Of a stretch of DNA of 64,000 nt, positions 19,900-29,813 are shown one piece after another (the stretch's first letter is position 1; each line of letters begins with the position of its first letter). The translations under genes and the position numbers were made by a program. Under the pieces are notes generated by a model. The model was given only the letters and a program-made list of their open reading frames with translations, was not told where the DNA came from and did not search any database. The stretch is from an uncultured Actinomycetes bacterium (lineage in GTDB: Bacteria > Actinomycetota > Acidimicrobiia > IMCC26256 > JACDBD01), in contig CAVYIP010000007.1 in the NCBI GenBank assembly GCA_963768605.1, forward strand, positions 44,726 through 108,725, given 5' to 3'.

Positions 19900-21349
19900 A
19901 CCTTGCCCCAGGCGGCGCGGGTGCTCTCGATCTCGACGCGCTCGAGGGTCGCCAGCTGACCGGCCACGAACACCTCACGGCCGATCGTCGACGACGAGAC
20001 GTCGCGCAGCCACTGCTCGGCGACGACGGCGTCCTGGTGATCGCCGAGAACGTCCTGGACATCGGCGATCGCCTTGGCGAACGCGCGGGCCCGCTTGCCG
20101 ACCGCCGGCGCCACCGCCTCCGCCGCGTAGCGGCATCGCTTCGCCTTGATGCGTACGTGGTGGAGCGCCTCGTCGGTCGGGTCCTCGGGGAGCTCCTCGA
20201 CGGCGGTGAGCAGCTTCTCCCACGGCTTGCTCACGAGCGGCGGCAGGACGTCGGCGGCGCGGTCATCGGCGGCCGACGGGATGAGCGCCGGCTCGCGTGC
20301 GGCATCGACCAGGCGGTCGAGGAGCTCGGCGTATCCGCGTGCTCCCGAGCGCCTCGCGCAGCTCGGCTCGCGCCGTGTCCCACCGCTGGAGCAGCCGCTG
20401 GATGATCTTCCTGGCGGTTGCCTGATCGCCGGTCGGGAGGCGTTCGGCGTGGGCCCGCAGCCGGTCGAGGAGCACCTCGGTGTCGCGGACGGCGCCGAGG
20501 TCGTGGCCGACGCTCTTCAGGTCCCGTCGCAGCGATTGCGTCCACTCCTGATCGAGGAGGGAGTGGAACGTGCGCAGGTCGGAGCGCAGGCGGCGGGTCG
20601 CCACGCGGGCCTGATGCACGTCTTCGGGGTCGTCGCCGAGGCGGACGCCCGGGTCGTGGGCGACGAGCCGGGCCACCGACGCCGCCAGCGCGTTGCGGAT
20701 CACGTCGCCCGCCGACGGCGACGGTCCGAGCCGGCGCACCGTGGTGACGTCGGGCGGCTCCATCGCCCGCCAGCCGAGCGCGCGCACGATCTTGGGGCTC
20801 GAGTCGGGCGGTCCGGCGCCGGCGGCACGGAGGCGGGAGAAGAGTGTGTCGGCGAGGCCCGCGGGGGCGGCGTCGTCGACCTCGACCTCGAGCTCCCGGA
20901 AGCGGGCGGCGACCCGTCCACTCGCCAGCACCGTCACTTCGTCGTCGAGCACCTCGCCGAGTGTCTTGTCCGACGAGTCACGGAGCTCGACACGCCGACG
21001 GCGGGTCCGCAGACGCGCCACCGGCGCGACGCGGGCCGTGCGCACGAGCGCTCGCACCAGGTCGACGGCGGCCGGCGGCGGCTGGCCCGCCTCGCCTTCG
21101 AAGCGGTGCTCGTCGTGCCGGAGCTGCGGCCCGGCGACGGTCTCGCGGCCGAGTGTCACGACCCAGCCGTCGTCGCCGCGGTACAGCAGCGTCACGCCGG
21201 CCCGGGCCAGGCGCAGGTCGGGCGTGTCGTAGTAGGTCAGCTCGATGACGGTCGGCTCGGCCTCGACGGAGACGATCCCGTCCGCGACGTCGTTGAGCTG
21301 CGGGGAGATGAAACCCGGGGGGCGACGAGAGGGACTCGTGCGAGGTCAC
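19857..21349 (-). pseudogene. CYTH plus CHAD domain protein (polyphosphate-associated); 2 frame breaks
   Basis: GTG 21349 overlaps the ppk stop (GTGA). The frame is lost in a C6/G4 run near 21310. The CYTH part is [20 protein letters not shown]. The CHAD helices are VHQARVATRRLRSDLR and, after a break near 20337, HHVRIKAKRCRYAAE. Confidence 0.8.
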
Positions 21350-23489
21350 GCCCGCGGCTCGACGGCACGTGCGCGCTGGATGGCCAGCTCCTGGAGCTGG
21401 AGGTGCGTGTTGACACCGGCGGTGCGCGGCACCCGGCGCCACGTCCCGTCGTTCCCGAGCTCCCACGCCAGCGTGTCGTCGGCCAGGTTGATGGTGAGGA
21501 TCTCGTCGAGCCGGTCGCGCATCGCCGGCGCCGTCACCGGGACGAGCGCCTCGACCCGCCGGTCGAGGTTGCGCGGCATGAGGTCGGCCGACCCGATGAC
21601 GTACTCGGCGGTGTGCGGATCGGGACCGAACCGGTAGATGCGTGAGTGCTCGAGGAATCGGCCGACGATCGAGCGCACCCGGATCGTCTCCGACAGGCCC
21701 GGCACACCCGCGCGCAGGCAGCAGATCCCGCGCACGATGAGGTCGATCGGCGTGCCCGCCTGTGACGCCGAGTACAAGCGCGTCGATCATCTCGGGGTCG
21801 ACGAGGCTGTTCATCTTCATCGTGATGCGCCCCTCCGGCCCCAGCTCGGCTTGGCGCTCGATCCGCTTCAGGAGCTCGGGCCGGATCGTCACCGGCGCGA
21901 CGAGCAGCTTGCGGTAGCGACCCTGGCGGCTGTACCCGGTGAGGTAGTTGAACAGCTCGGTGACGTCGGCGCCGAGATCGGGATCGGCGGACAGCAACCC
22001 GAGGTCCTCGTAGGTCATGGCGGTCTTCGGGTTGTAGTTGCCCGTGCCGACGTGGCAGTAGCGACGGATCCCGTCCGGCTCCTGGCGGACGATGAGCAGG
22101 ATCTTGGCGTGCGTCTTGAGGCCGACCAGCCCGTACACGACGTGGACGCCCGCCTCTTCGAACAGTTGCGCCCGTTCGATGTTCGCCTGCTCGTCGAAGC
22201 GCGCCTTGAGCTCGACGAGCGCGACCACCTGCTTGTCCTGCTCGGCGGCGTGGATGAGCGACCGCACGAGCTGGCTGTCGGGGCCGGCGGTGCGGTACAG
22301 CGTCTGCTTGATCGCGAGGACGTCCGGGTCGCGTGACGCCTGCTCGACGAGCGCCTCGATGGAGGTCGCGAACGAGTCGTACGGGTGGTGCACGAGCACG
22401 TCGCCCTGCTCGAGGACGCGGAACATGTCATGCGGTCCGTCGGCGCGCGTGAGCGCCGGCTGCGTCTGCGGCGTCCACGGCTCGTCCTTCAGCTCGGGCC
22501 GATCGAGGTCGTACAGCCCGAACAGCCCGCTGAGGCCGAGGGGACCGTCGACGACGTAGACGTCGGAGTCGCCCAGCTCGAGCTCGCGACAGAGCAACTC
22601 GAGCACCTCGTCGCTCATCTTCCCGTCGACCTCGAGCCGCACGACGCGCCCGAACTTGGTGCGCCGGCGCAGGATGAGCTCCATCGCCTCGAGGAGGTCC
22701 TCGGCGTCGTCGGTCGAGCTCGAAGTCGGCGTCGCGGGTGACTCGGAACGGGTGGTGGGCGACCGTCTCCATGCCCGGGAACAGGCTGTCGAGGTGCGCC
22801 GCGATCACCTGCTCGAGCGGAACGAACCGCTCGCCGTCGGGCAGCACGAGGAAGCGGGGCAGCAGCGGCGGCACCTTCACCCGGGCGAAGCGTTCCTCGC
22901 GCGGTCGTCGGGTCGCGCACGACGACCGCGAGGTTCAGCGACAGGTTCGAGATGTACGGGAACGGGTGGGCCGGGTCGACCGCCAGCGGCGTGAGCACAG
23001 GGAAGACCCGCTCGTCGAAGACGCCGCGGAGGTGCTCACGGTCCGTCTCGGACAAGGCCGTCCCAGTCGGAGAACCCGATGCCGACCTCGTCGAGCGCCG
23101 GCGCGACCTCGCGGTTGAAGACGGCGGCCTGACGCTCCATCATCGGCTCCACCCGGGCACGGATCGCGCGCAGCTGCTCCCCGGCGTCGAGCCCATCGGG
23201 TGACGTGGCGCGGATCCCGGCGTCGAGCTGCTCACGCAGCCCGGACACCCGGACCTGGAAGAACTCGTCGAGGTTCTGGCTGACGATGGCGAGGAACTTC
23301 ACCCGCTCGAGGAGCGGGACGGCCTTGTCCGCGGCGACGCGCGAGCACGCGCGCGAAGTAGTCGAGCGCGGAGAGCTCGCGGTTGAGGAACCGGGATTCG
23401 GGCTGGAGTTGGGTCGGGGGATCGAGCGCAGGTCCGAGATCAGATGCGCTGCCCTCGACCGACACGTCGAGGCCGGCCATCGCCCTCAT
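21346..23489 (-). pseudogene. ppk1: Polyphosphate kinase 1; 5 frame breaks
   Basis: PPK1 segments appear in six consecutive ORFs: FLNRELSALDYF; KFLAIVSQNLDEFFQVRV; [20 protein letters not shown]; RFVPLEQVI; HHPYDSF...[12 protein letters not shown]...CHVGTGNYN; LIVRGICCL...[23 protein letters not shown]. Breaks are near 23335, 23050, 22895, 22710 and 21780, all in the same direction. Confidence 0.92.
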
Positions 23490-23740
23490 CGTAGTTCTGC
23501 CTCCCCGCCCGGGTTCTGAGCCCTGTGACCAGGCGCAACCTGCGGCGCCGTCACCACGCTGGCGACGACCTACCGGCCCGCCGATGGCGAGCCGGCAGGC
23601 CGCCGGGCTCGTCGGCCGGCGGGGGGACCCGGCCGACGGAGCGTTGCCGCTGCACGGCGCAGGGGCAGACAGCCGCGGAGCTGCAACGAGGACGGTACCG
23701 ACGGCACATGGCACCCAAATTGCCGTCGAAGGAACGGTGT

Positions 23741-23772
23741 GTGAACTCTGTTGCCCACCCCAATCGGTTCAC
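23741..23772. promoter_or_regulatory. Inverted GTGAAC ... GTTCAC hexamer pair in the ppk1/MFS divergent region
   Basis: TGTGAAC-N20-GTTCACA. The same GTTCAC core occurs in the pstS-proximal repeats. Confidence 0.3.
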
Positions 23773-23797
23773 AGCGACCGATATCGTTGCTTCGGCC

Positions 23798-25258
23798 ATG
23801 GCCACGGCACCGCCTCCTCGTCGCCCTACGCGTCCCGGCCCGACCGACTCCCGTTTCGCCGAGCCGACACCGTTCGCACGACTTGCGATCACCCACGCCG
23901 CGAGCATCTGCGGCGACGTCTGCCTGACCGTCTCGCTCGCCGGGTCTCTGTTCTTCTCGGTGTCGCCCGGTCAGTCGCGCGAGAAGGTGCTGCTGTACCT
24001 GATCATCACGATGGCGCCCTTCGCCGTCATCGCACCCTTGCTGAGCCCGCTGCTCGACCGGGTCCGCGGTGGCAGGCGGCTCATGATCTTCATCACGTGC
24101 GCGGTCCGCGGCGTGCTCTGCCTCTTCATCGCGCGTTATGTGAACGCGAGCGGCGCCGAGGCCCTGCTGATCTACCCGCTCGCGTTCGGGTTGCTCGTGG
24201 CGCAGAAGACGTACTCGATCGCCAGGAGCGCGCTCGTGCCTTCGCTCGTCAACGGCGAGCGCGAGCTCGTGGGCGCCAACTCGCGTCTGGCGATCATCAG
24301 CGTCGTCGGGGGCCTCGTCGGCGGCCTGCCGGCCGTCGGCATCTACCGGTTCTTCGGCGCCGAAGGCTCCCTGATCCTCGCCGCGTTCGTGTACGCGGTC
24401 GCCTCGATGCTCTCGTGGCGGATCCCACGGGTCGAACAGGAGCAGGCCGGGCCGGATACGGAGCTCGAGAAGGAAGAGCTCCACGCGCCGAGCATCATCC
24501 TGGCCGGCAGCGCGATGGGCCTGTTGCGGGGCGCGGTCGGGTTCCTCACGTTCTTCCTCGCCTTCGGGCTCCGCGACAACGACGAGGCGGCGTGGGTGTT
24601 CGGGGTCGTGCTCGTGGTCAGCGGCATCGGCGGCTTCCTGGGCAACCTCGTCGCGCCCCAGCTCCGGAAGATCACGCGCGAAGAGGTCATATTGGCCGGC
24701 TCGCTCGTCCTGCCCGCGGTCGGATGCCTGTTCGCGGCGCGCTCGTCATCGATCACGATGACGACATTCGGCGCGCTGCTCATCGCCGCCGGCGCCGCGG
24801 CCGGACGTGTCGCGTTCGACAGCCTCCTCCAGCGCGACGCGCCCGACGCCATCCGGGGGCGCAGCTTCGCCCGGTTCGAGACTCGTTTCCAGATCACGTG
24901 GGTGGCGGGAGCGCTCATCCCGGTTGCGATCCCGCCCGTGTACCAAGACCTCCGCATCGGTCTGTTCGTGCTCGCCATCGGGCTCGGCTTCGCGGGGCTT
25001 TCGTACATCGGCGGCATGCGCGCCGCTCGCGAAGCGGTCGCGCGTCGTCGCCGTCGCGTGGAGCGCACCCGGGAGACAGTCGGGCGCGGCTTCCGAGCCG
25101 GTCTCGCGCGGCTGCGTCGCTCGGGACGTCGCCCAAGAGACGGCGGCGAGACCGCCAAGGGCAGGGGAGAAATCGAGGCCGGGTCCGAACGAGGTCAAGT
25201 AGACAAGAGCCCGTGGCATCCGACTTCCTGCTTCGACCGGTCACACGCGACGAGCTGA
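23798..25258 (+). CDS. Multi-pass integral membrane transporter (MFS-like)
   Basis: Many hydrophobic helices separated by short basic loops (RVRGGRR, ..LRKITREE..). The tail is rich in Arg. ATG 23798 was chosen after a low-complexity N-terminus. The family call is by architecture only. Confidence 0.55.
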   Translation: MATAPPPRRPTRPGPTDSRFAEPTPFARLAITHAASICGDVCLTVSLAGSLFFSVSPGQSREKVLLYLIITMAPFAVIAPLLSPLLDRVRGGRRLMIFITCAVRGVLCLFIARYVNASGAEALLIYPLAFGLLVAQKTYSIARSALVPSLVNGERELVGANSRLAIISVVGGLVGGLPAVGIYRFFGAEGSLILAAFVYAVASMLSWRIPRVEQEQAGPDTELEKEELHAPSIILAGSAMGLLRGAVGFLTFFLAFGLRDNDEAAWVFGVVLVVSGIGGFLGNLVAPQLRKITREEVILAGSLVLPAVGCLFAARSSSITMTTFGALLIAAGAAAGRVAFDSLLQRDAPDAIRGRSFARFETRFQITWVAGALIPVAIPPVYQDLRIGLFVLAIGLGFAGLSYIGGMRAAREAVARRRRRVERTRETVGRGFRAGLARLRRSGRRPRDGGETAKGRGEIEAGSERGQVDKSPWHPTSCFDRSHATS

Positions 25259-26442
25259 CCGAGTTCACAATGACCCCCCTCATCGCGTTCGGTGAGCGCA
25301 TGGATCGCGCGCGCCTCGAGCTCGACTGGACGAGTCTCGAGCTCGACCGCACGCTCGCCGCCTTCGACGGCGACGAGATCATCGGGACGGGCCGGCTCTT
25401 CTCCTTCGAGCTGACCATGCCGGGCGGCAGGCTGTTGCCGGCGGCCGCGGTGAGCTGGATCGCCGTCCTGCCCACCCACCGGCGGCGAGGGATCCTCACC
25501 GCGATCAAGACCCAGCAGCTCGAAGACGCCGCCGAGCGCGGCGAGGCGCTGGCAATGCTGTACGCGTCCGAAGCCGGCATCTACCGCCGGTTCGGATACG
25601 GCATCTCGACGAGCTCGATGAGCGTGAGCGTCGAGCGCCGCCACTCGGCGTTCTTGCATCCGGTGCCGGAAGGACGCGTCCGCCTCGTCGAGGAGGACGC
25701 GGCGCGCAAGCTGTTCCCCGAGATCTTCGACCGCGCCCGTCGCGTCCAGCCCGGCGCGGTGCAACGCGTCGACGCCTGGTGGCCCGACCAGTTCTTCTGG
25801 CCCGATCCCGACGACAAGGGCACCGCGTTCTACTGCGTGTACGAATCCCCCGAGGGCGTGCTCGACGGGTACGCCGCCTACCGGTTCGAGCCACGTTGGG
25901 GAAACGGTCCCGAGGGCACACTGCACGTCGGCGATCTCGTCTCCGTCACCCCGGCTGCTCGGGCGGTGCTGTGGCGCTACCTGCTCGACGTGGACCTCGT
26001 CGCGACGATCACGGCGTGGGTCGTTCCTCTCGACGAGCCGCTGCGGTGGATGTTGCGCGAGCCGCGCCGCATGGCGGTCACGCGCGTGGGCGAGAGCCTC
26101 TGGGTGCGCGTGCTCGATGCGCCCGCCGCGCTGACGGCGCGGACGTACGCGGCTCGCGGGCAGGTGGTGTTCGAGGTCGTCGACGCGCTCCGTCCCGACG
26201 GCGACGCGGCCGGTCGGTTCGTTCTCGACGGCGGGCCCGACGGCGCCGAGGCTCGGCGCACGACCGACGAGCCCGACCTCGTGCTCGACGTCGCCGAGCT
26301 GGGCGGGATCCTGCTCGGCGGCGTGCGCGCGTCCGCACTGGCCCGGGCCGGGCTCGTCGACGAGCGCACCCCCGGAGCGCTGGCGATCGCCGATGCCATG
26401 TTCGCGGTCGAGCCATTGCCGTTCTCGATGACCGATTTTTGA
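25213..26442 (+). CDS. eis: Eis-family GNAT N-acetyltransferase (GNAT-GNAT-SCP2 architecture)
   Basis: AVLPTHRRRGILTAI...ASEAGIYRRFGYG and the C-terminal ...PFSMTDF closely parallel mycobacterial Eis (VAPTHRRRGLL...ASEGGIYGRFGYG...TAFEF). The start is GTG at 25213. Confidence 0.8.
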   Translation: MASDFLLRPVTRDELTEFTMTPLIAFGERMDRARLELDWTSLELDRTLAAFDGDEIIGTGRLFSFELTMPGGRLLPAAAVSWIAVLPTHRRRGILTAIKTQQLEDAAERGEALAMLYASEAGIYRRFGYGISTSSMSVSVERRHSAFLHPVPEGRVRLVEEDAARKLFPEIFDRARRVQPGAVQRVDAWWPDQFFWPDPDDKGTAFYCVYESPEGVLDGYAAYRFEPRWGNGPEGTLHVGDLVSVTPAARAVLWRYLLDVDLVATITAWVVPLDEPLRWMLREPRRMAVTRVGESLWVRVLDAPAALTARTYAARGQVVFEVVDALRPDGDAAGRFVLDGGPDGAEARRTTDEPDLVLDVAELGGILLGGVRASALARAGLVDERTPGALAIADAMFAVEPLPFSMTDF

Positions 26443-26544
26443 GGTCTGGCATACGCCCAGCCGACACATCCCGCCGAGGTGTTCAGCGGCGCGTCAGCCG
26501 CAATCAACCAGCCATTCATCCGCAGTCGGTACCGTCGAATTGCG

Positions 26545-28050
26545 ATGAGCAAGACGACCGGTTCTACCGACTGGATGCGTCGCCTCGCTGACCACTACGC
26601 CCGGTTTCGGCAGGGCTACCCCGACGATCGGCTCCTGATCGTCTTCGACATCGACGGCACGATCCTCGACCTCCGCTACATGGTCCGGTACGTGCTGCTC
26701 GATTACGACCGCGCCCACGGCAGCGACCTGTTCCACGGTCTGAGTGTCGAGGACATCGACGTGCACGAGAACCGTGTCGAGGAGTTCCTCGAGGGTCGCG
26801 CGCTCGCAGCCGAGACACGTGAGCACGTCCTGGCGTGGTACCTCGAGCGGCGGTGGCAGCCCGACTCGGTGCTGGCCGCCCACCGCCCCTACCGGGGCGT
26901 GCTCGAGGTCATCCGCTGGTTCCAGCTGCAGCCCGCGACGTTCGTCGGGCTCAACACCGGCCGCCCCGAGCAGTTGCGCGACGAGACGCTGCGGTCGTTG
27001 AACGCGCTCGGTCGGGAATACCGGGTCGAGTTCCGTGCCGATCTCCTCGCGATGAACGAGTCGGGCGAAGAAGGCGGTGTCATCGAGAGCAAGGTCGCAG
27101 GCTTGCGCACCTTCGCGGACGCCGGGTTCCGGACGTTCGCCGTCGTCGACAACGAGCCGGCCGTGATCGCCGCGCTGGCCGAGGCGGACGAATCGGGGGA
27201 GATCCTCTTCCTGCAGGCTCAGACGTTCTCCGAATCGCGGCGGGTGCCCACCCCGCGTACCGTGCGCGGACGGTCGTACGACCTCACCGCGCTCGTCACC
27301 GAGGAAGACCTCCCGCACCACGTGCAGCTCGTGTGGCACGGCGTCAACGACGAAGCGAACCTGCGCCAGTTCCTCGGCTCCCAGGTCCATTGGGCCGAGT
27401 GCGACGTGCGGCGCGACCCCCTGGGGCGGCTCGTGCTCCGCCACGACTCGTTCGAGCGGACCCCGTGGTCACGCACCGAGAAAGGGCTCGAGCTCGGCGA
27501 CCTGTTGGCGCGGCTGCGCGAGCAGGGCCGCGGCGTCAAGCTCGACCTGAAGGAGGGCGACGCGATCCTCGACGACGTGCTCGCCGCCGTCGACGCCCAC
27601 GGCTTCGACGACGCCGACCTGTGGTTCAACGCCCGGATCGAGGCGCTGGGTGAAGACGGGGTCGGCCGGCTCGTGGCGGCGCACCCCGACGCCATCGTGC
27701 AGTGCCCGGTCGACTTCCTCGCACCGCTGGTGCTCGCCGCCCCCGAGCGGGCCTGGGACACCATCAAGCTGCTGATGAGCTGGGGCGTCAGCCGCTTCTC
27801 CGTGAGCTGGGCGGGGGAGCACGCCCGCGCGCTGCTCGAGTCCCTCGAGGACTTCGGCTGCGAGGTCAACCTCTACGCCGTGCCCGACCTCGAGGCTTTC
27901 CTCCGCGCCGCGCTGATGCTCCCGACCTCGATCACGACGGACTTCAACTTCCCGGCGTGGCACTACTTCGGTCGGGGCGCAGGCGAGCAGCACCAGTACC
28001 ACCGCTACAAGGTCGACGCCCTCGTCCCCCCGACGACGGACGTGGCCTAG
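26545..28050 (+). CDS. Fusion protein: N-terminal HAD-like phosphatase, C-terminal PLC-like/GDPD-like (DUF2181/menorin-type) phosphodiesterase domain
   Basis: HAD motif I is VFDIDGTILD. Motif II-like is GLNTGRP. The Asp motif is AVVDNEP. The C-terminal half has WHGVNDEANL...HWAECDV..DP.GRLVLRHD, as in PLC-like TIM-barrel phosphodiesterases. The ORF is intact. An alternative start is at 26479. Confidence 0.5.
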   Translation: MSKTTGSTDWMRRLADHYARFRQGYPDDRLLIVFDIDGTILDLRYMVRYVLLDYDRAHGSDLFHGLSVEDIDVHENRVEEFLEGRALAAETREHVLAWYLERRWQPDSVLAAHRPYRGVLEVIRWFQLQPATFVGLNTGRPEQLRDETLRSLNALGREYRVEFRADLLAMNESGEEGGVIESKVAGLRTFADAGFRTFAVVDNEPAVIAALAEADESGEILFLQAQTFSESRRVPTPRTVRGRSYDLTALVTEEDLPHHVQLVWHGVNDEANLRQFLGSQVHWAECDVRRDPLGRLVLRHDSFERTPWSRTEKGLELGDLLARLREQGRGVKLDLKEGDAILDDVLAAVDAHGFDDADLWFNARIEALGEDGVGRLVAAHPDAIVQCPVDFLAPLVLAAPERAWDTIKLLMSWGVSRFSVSWAGEHARALLESLEDFGCEVNLYAVPDLEAFLRAALMLPTSITTDFNFPAWHYFGRGAGEQHQYHRYKVDALVPPTTDVA

Positions 28051-28790
28051 CCCCAGCCGGAGCTCGCCCCCTGCACCATGCCGAACGGGCCGGTGGGCCA
28101 GCGGAAGCAGTCCATCATCAGCTGGTCGACGTCCTCGGCGGAGGCGATGCCCTCGTTCACGACCTTCTGCGCCTCCGCGACCATCGCGAAGTAGACCCGG
28201 TTCGTCACAAACCCCCACGCCATCGGCGTGTCCCGGATCACGACGGCGTTCTTCCCGCACTTCGTCGCCACGTCGCTGACCGCGGCGACGGTCTCGTCGC
28301 TGGTCTCGCGGGTCGAGACGATCTCGGCCAGGCGCATCACCGGCGCCGGCGACGCCCAGTGCCAGCCGATCACGCGGTCGGCGCGGTCGGTCGCCGCCGC
28401 CAGGCCGGCGATCGCGAAGCCGGACGTGTTCGACGCGAGGATCGTCTCGTCCGGTGCAGCCCGATCGAGATCGCGGAAGACGCGTACCTTCAGCTCGAGG
28501 CGCTCGGGCACCGCCTCGACCACGAGATCGGTGGCAGCCGCCTCCTCGAACGAGCTCGTGAACGTGAGTCGCGCCAGAGCGGCGTCGGCCTGCTCGCGCG
28601 TCACCTTGCCGCGTTCGACGCCCCGCTCAATCCCGTACCGACCCGTCGTGACGTGCTCCCGACCCTTGTCGAGCGCGCCCGGGTCGACGTCGTAACAGAC
28701 CGTGTCGTACCCGGCCGTCGCCGTGACCTGGGCGATCCCGCTGCCCATCACGCCCGCTCCGAGCACGCCGATCTTCTTCACCGCGCTCAC
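28047..28790 (-). CDS. hbd: 3-hydroxyacyl-CoA (3-hydroxybutyryl-CoA) dehydrogenase
   Basis: GVLGAGVMGSGIAQV Rossmann motif, ..EAVPERLELK..., SNTSG, and MRLAEIV. The GTG start overlaps the upstream stop (GTGA). The C-terminus looks somewhat short. Confidence 0.8.
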   Translation of the reverse strand: MSAVKKIGVLGAGVMGSGIAQVTATAGYDTVCYDVDPGALDKGREHVTTGRYGIERGVERGKVTREQADAALARLTFTSSFEEAAATDLVVEAVPERLELKVRVFRDLDRAAPDETILASNTSGFAIAGLAAATDRADRVIGWHWASPAPVMRLAEIVSTRETSDETVAAVSDVATKCGKNAVVIRDTPMAWGFVTNRVYFAMVAEAQKVVNEGIASAEDVDQLMMDCFRWPTGPFGMVQGASSGWG

Positions 28791-29813
28791 TCGGCGACCT
28801 TGACGATGAGCTTGCCGGTGTTCTCGCCGCTGAACAGCGTGCGGAAGGCGGCGGGTGCGTTCTCGAGCCCGTCGACGACATGCTCGGCGTACCGGATCCG
28901 GCCGTCCTGCACCCACTGCGCGAGCTGCAGGATCGCGTCGAGGAACCGGTCCCGGTAGTCGAGCAGGATGAACCCTTCCATGCGCCCGCGCTGCGGGATG
29001 AGATTGAGGATGTTGGCAGGACCCGGCGAGAGGTCGGCCGTGTCGTACTGCGAGATCGCTCCGCACAGCACGATCCGCGCGTGCAGGCTGATCTGTCCGA
29101 GGACGGCATCGAGGATGTCGCCGCCGACGTTGTCGAAGAACACGTCGATGCCGTCGGGGCACGTCTCGCGCAGCCGCGCGCTCACGTCGTCGGCCTTGTA
29201 GTCGATCCATGCGTCGAAACCGAGCTCGTCGGTGAGCCATGCGCACTTCTGTCGGACCGCCGGCGATGCCGACCACGCGGCAGCCGAGGATCTTGCCGAT
29301 CTGGCCCGCGATCGACCCGACCGCACCCGCCGCGCCCGACACGACGACGGTGTCGCCTTCTTTCGTCTCCCCGACGTCGAGCATCCCGAAGTAGGCCGTG
29401 AGCCCGGTGACGCCGAACACGCTGAGATACGCGGTGACGGGATCTTGACGGGGCACGGCCATCATCCCGTCGGGGCCGGAGCCGGCGATCGCGTAGTCCG
29501 ACCAATCAACCATCCCGAGGACGAGGTCCCCGACCTGGTAGTTCGGGCTGCGCGACTGCACGACCTCGCCGATCGCACCGCCGCGCATCGCGTCGCCGAC
29601 TTGGATGCCGGGGACGTAGGTGTCGAAGCCGTTCATCCAGACCCGGATAGCGGGGTCGAGCGACAGGTACAGGGTTCGGACGAGCGCTTCGCCGTCGGCG
29701 GGCTCGGGAACGGGCGCCTCGACGATCTCGAAGTCGCTCTCCTTGACGGTCCCGGCCGGGTGCGCAGCCATCTTGATCACGCGCTGGGTCGTCGTGACCG
29801 GCGCGTCGGTCAC
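28787..29813 (-). pseudogene. NADP-dependent oxidoreductase (medium-chain reductase, YncB/PTGR-like); one frame break
   Basis: The N-terminal part ..YLSLDPAIRVWM...VSGAAGAVGSIAGQIGK is in the upstream frame. The rest (AWIDYK...VFFDNVGG...NAPAAFRTLFSGENTGKLIVKV) is in ORF 28787-29326. The break is near 29255. Confidence 0.8.

Noticed and set aside
23383-26442. Very long ORFs in the track (for example 1019 aa at 23383-26442, 791 aa at 28047-30422, 732 aa at 61616-63814, 566 aa at 7669-9369, 519 aa at 17497-19056) that might look like giant novel proteins.
   Set aside because: Only the parts matching known families are coding (eis, hbd, egtB). The remainder is Arg/Pro/Ala-rich translation of other genes in wrong frames or antisense. 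This is the usual stop-poor shadow of very GC-rich DNA.
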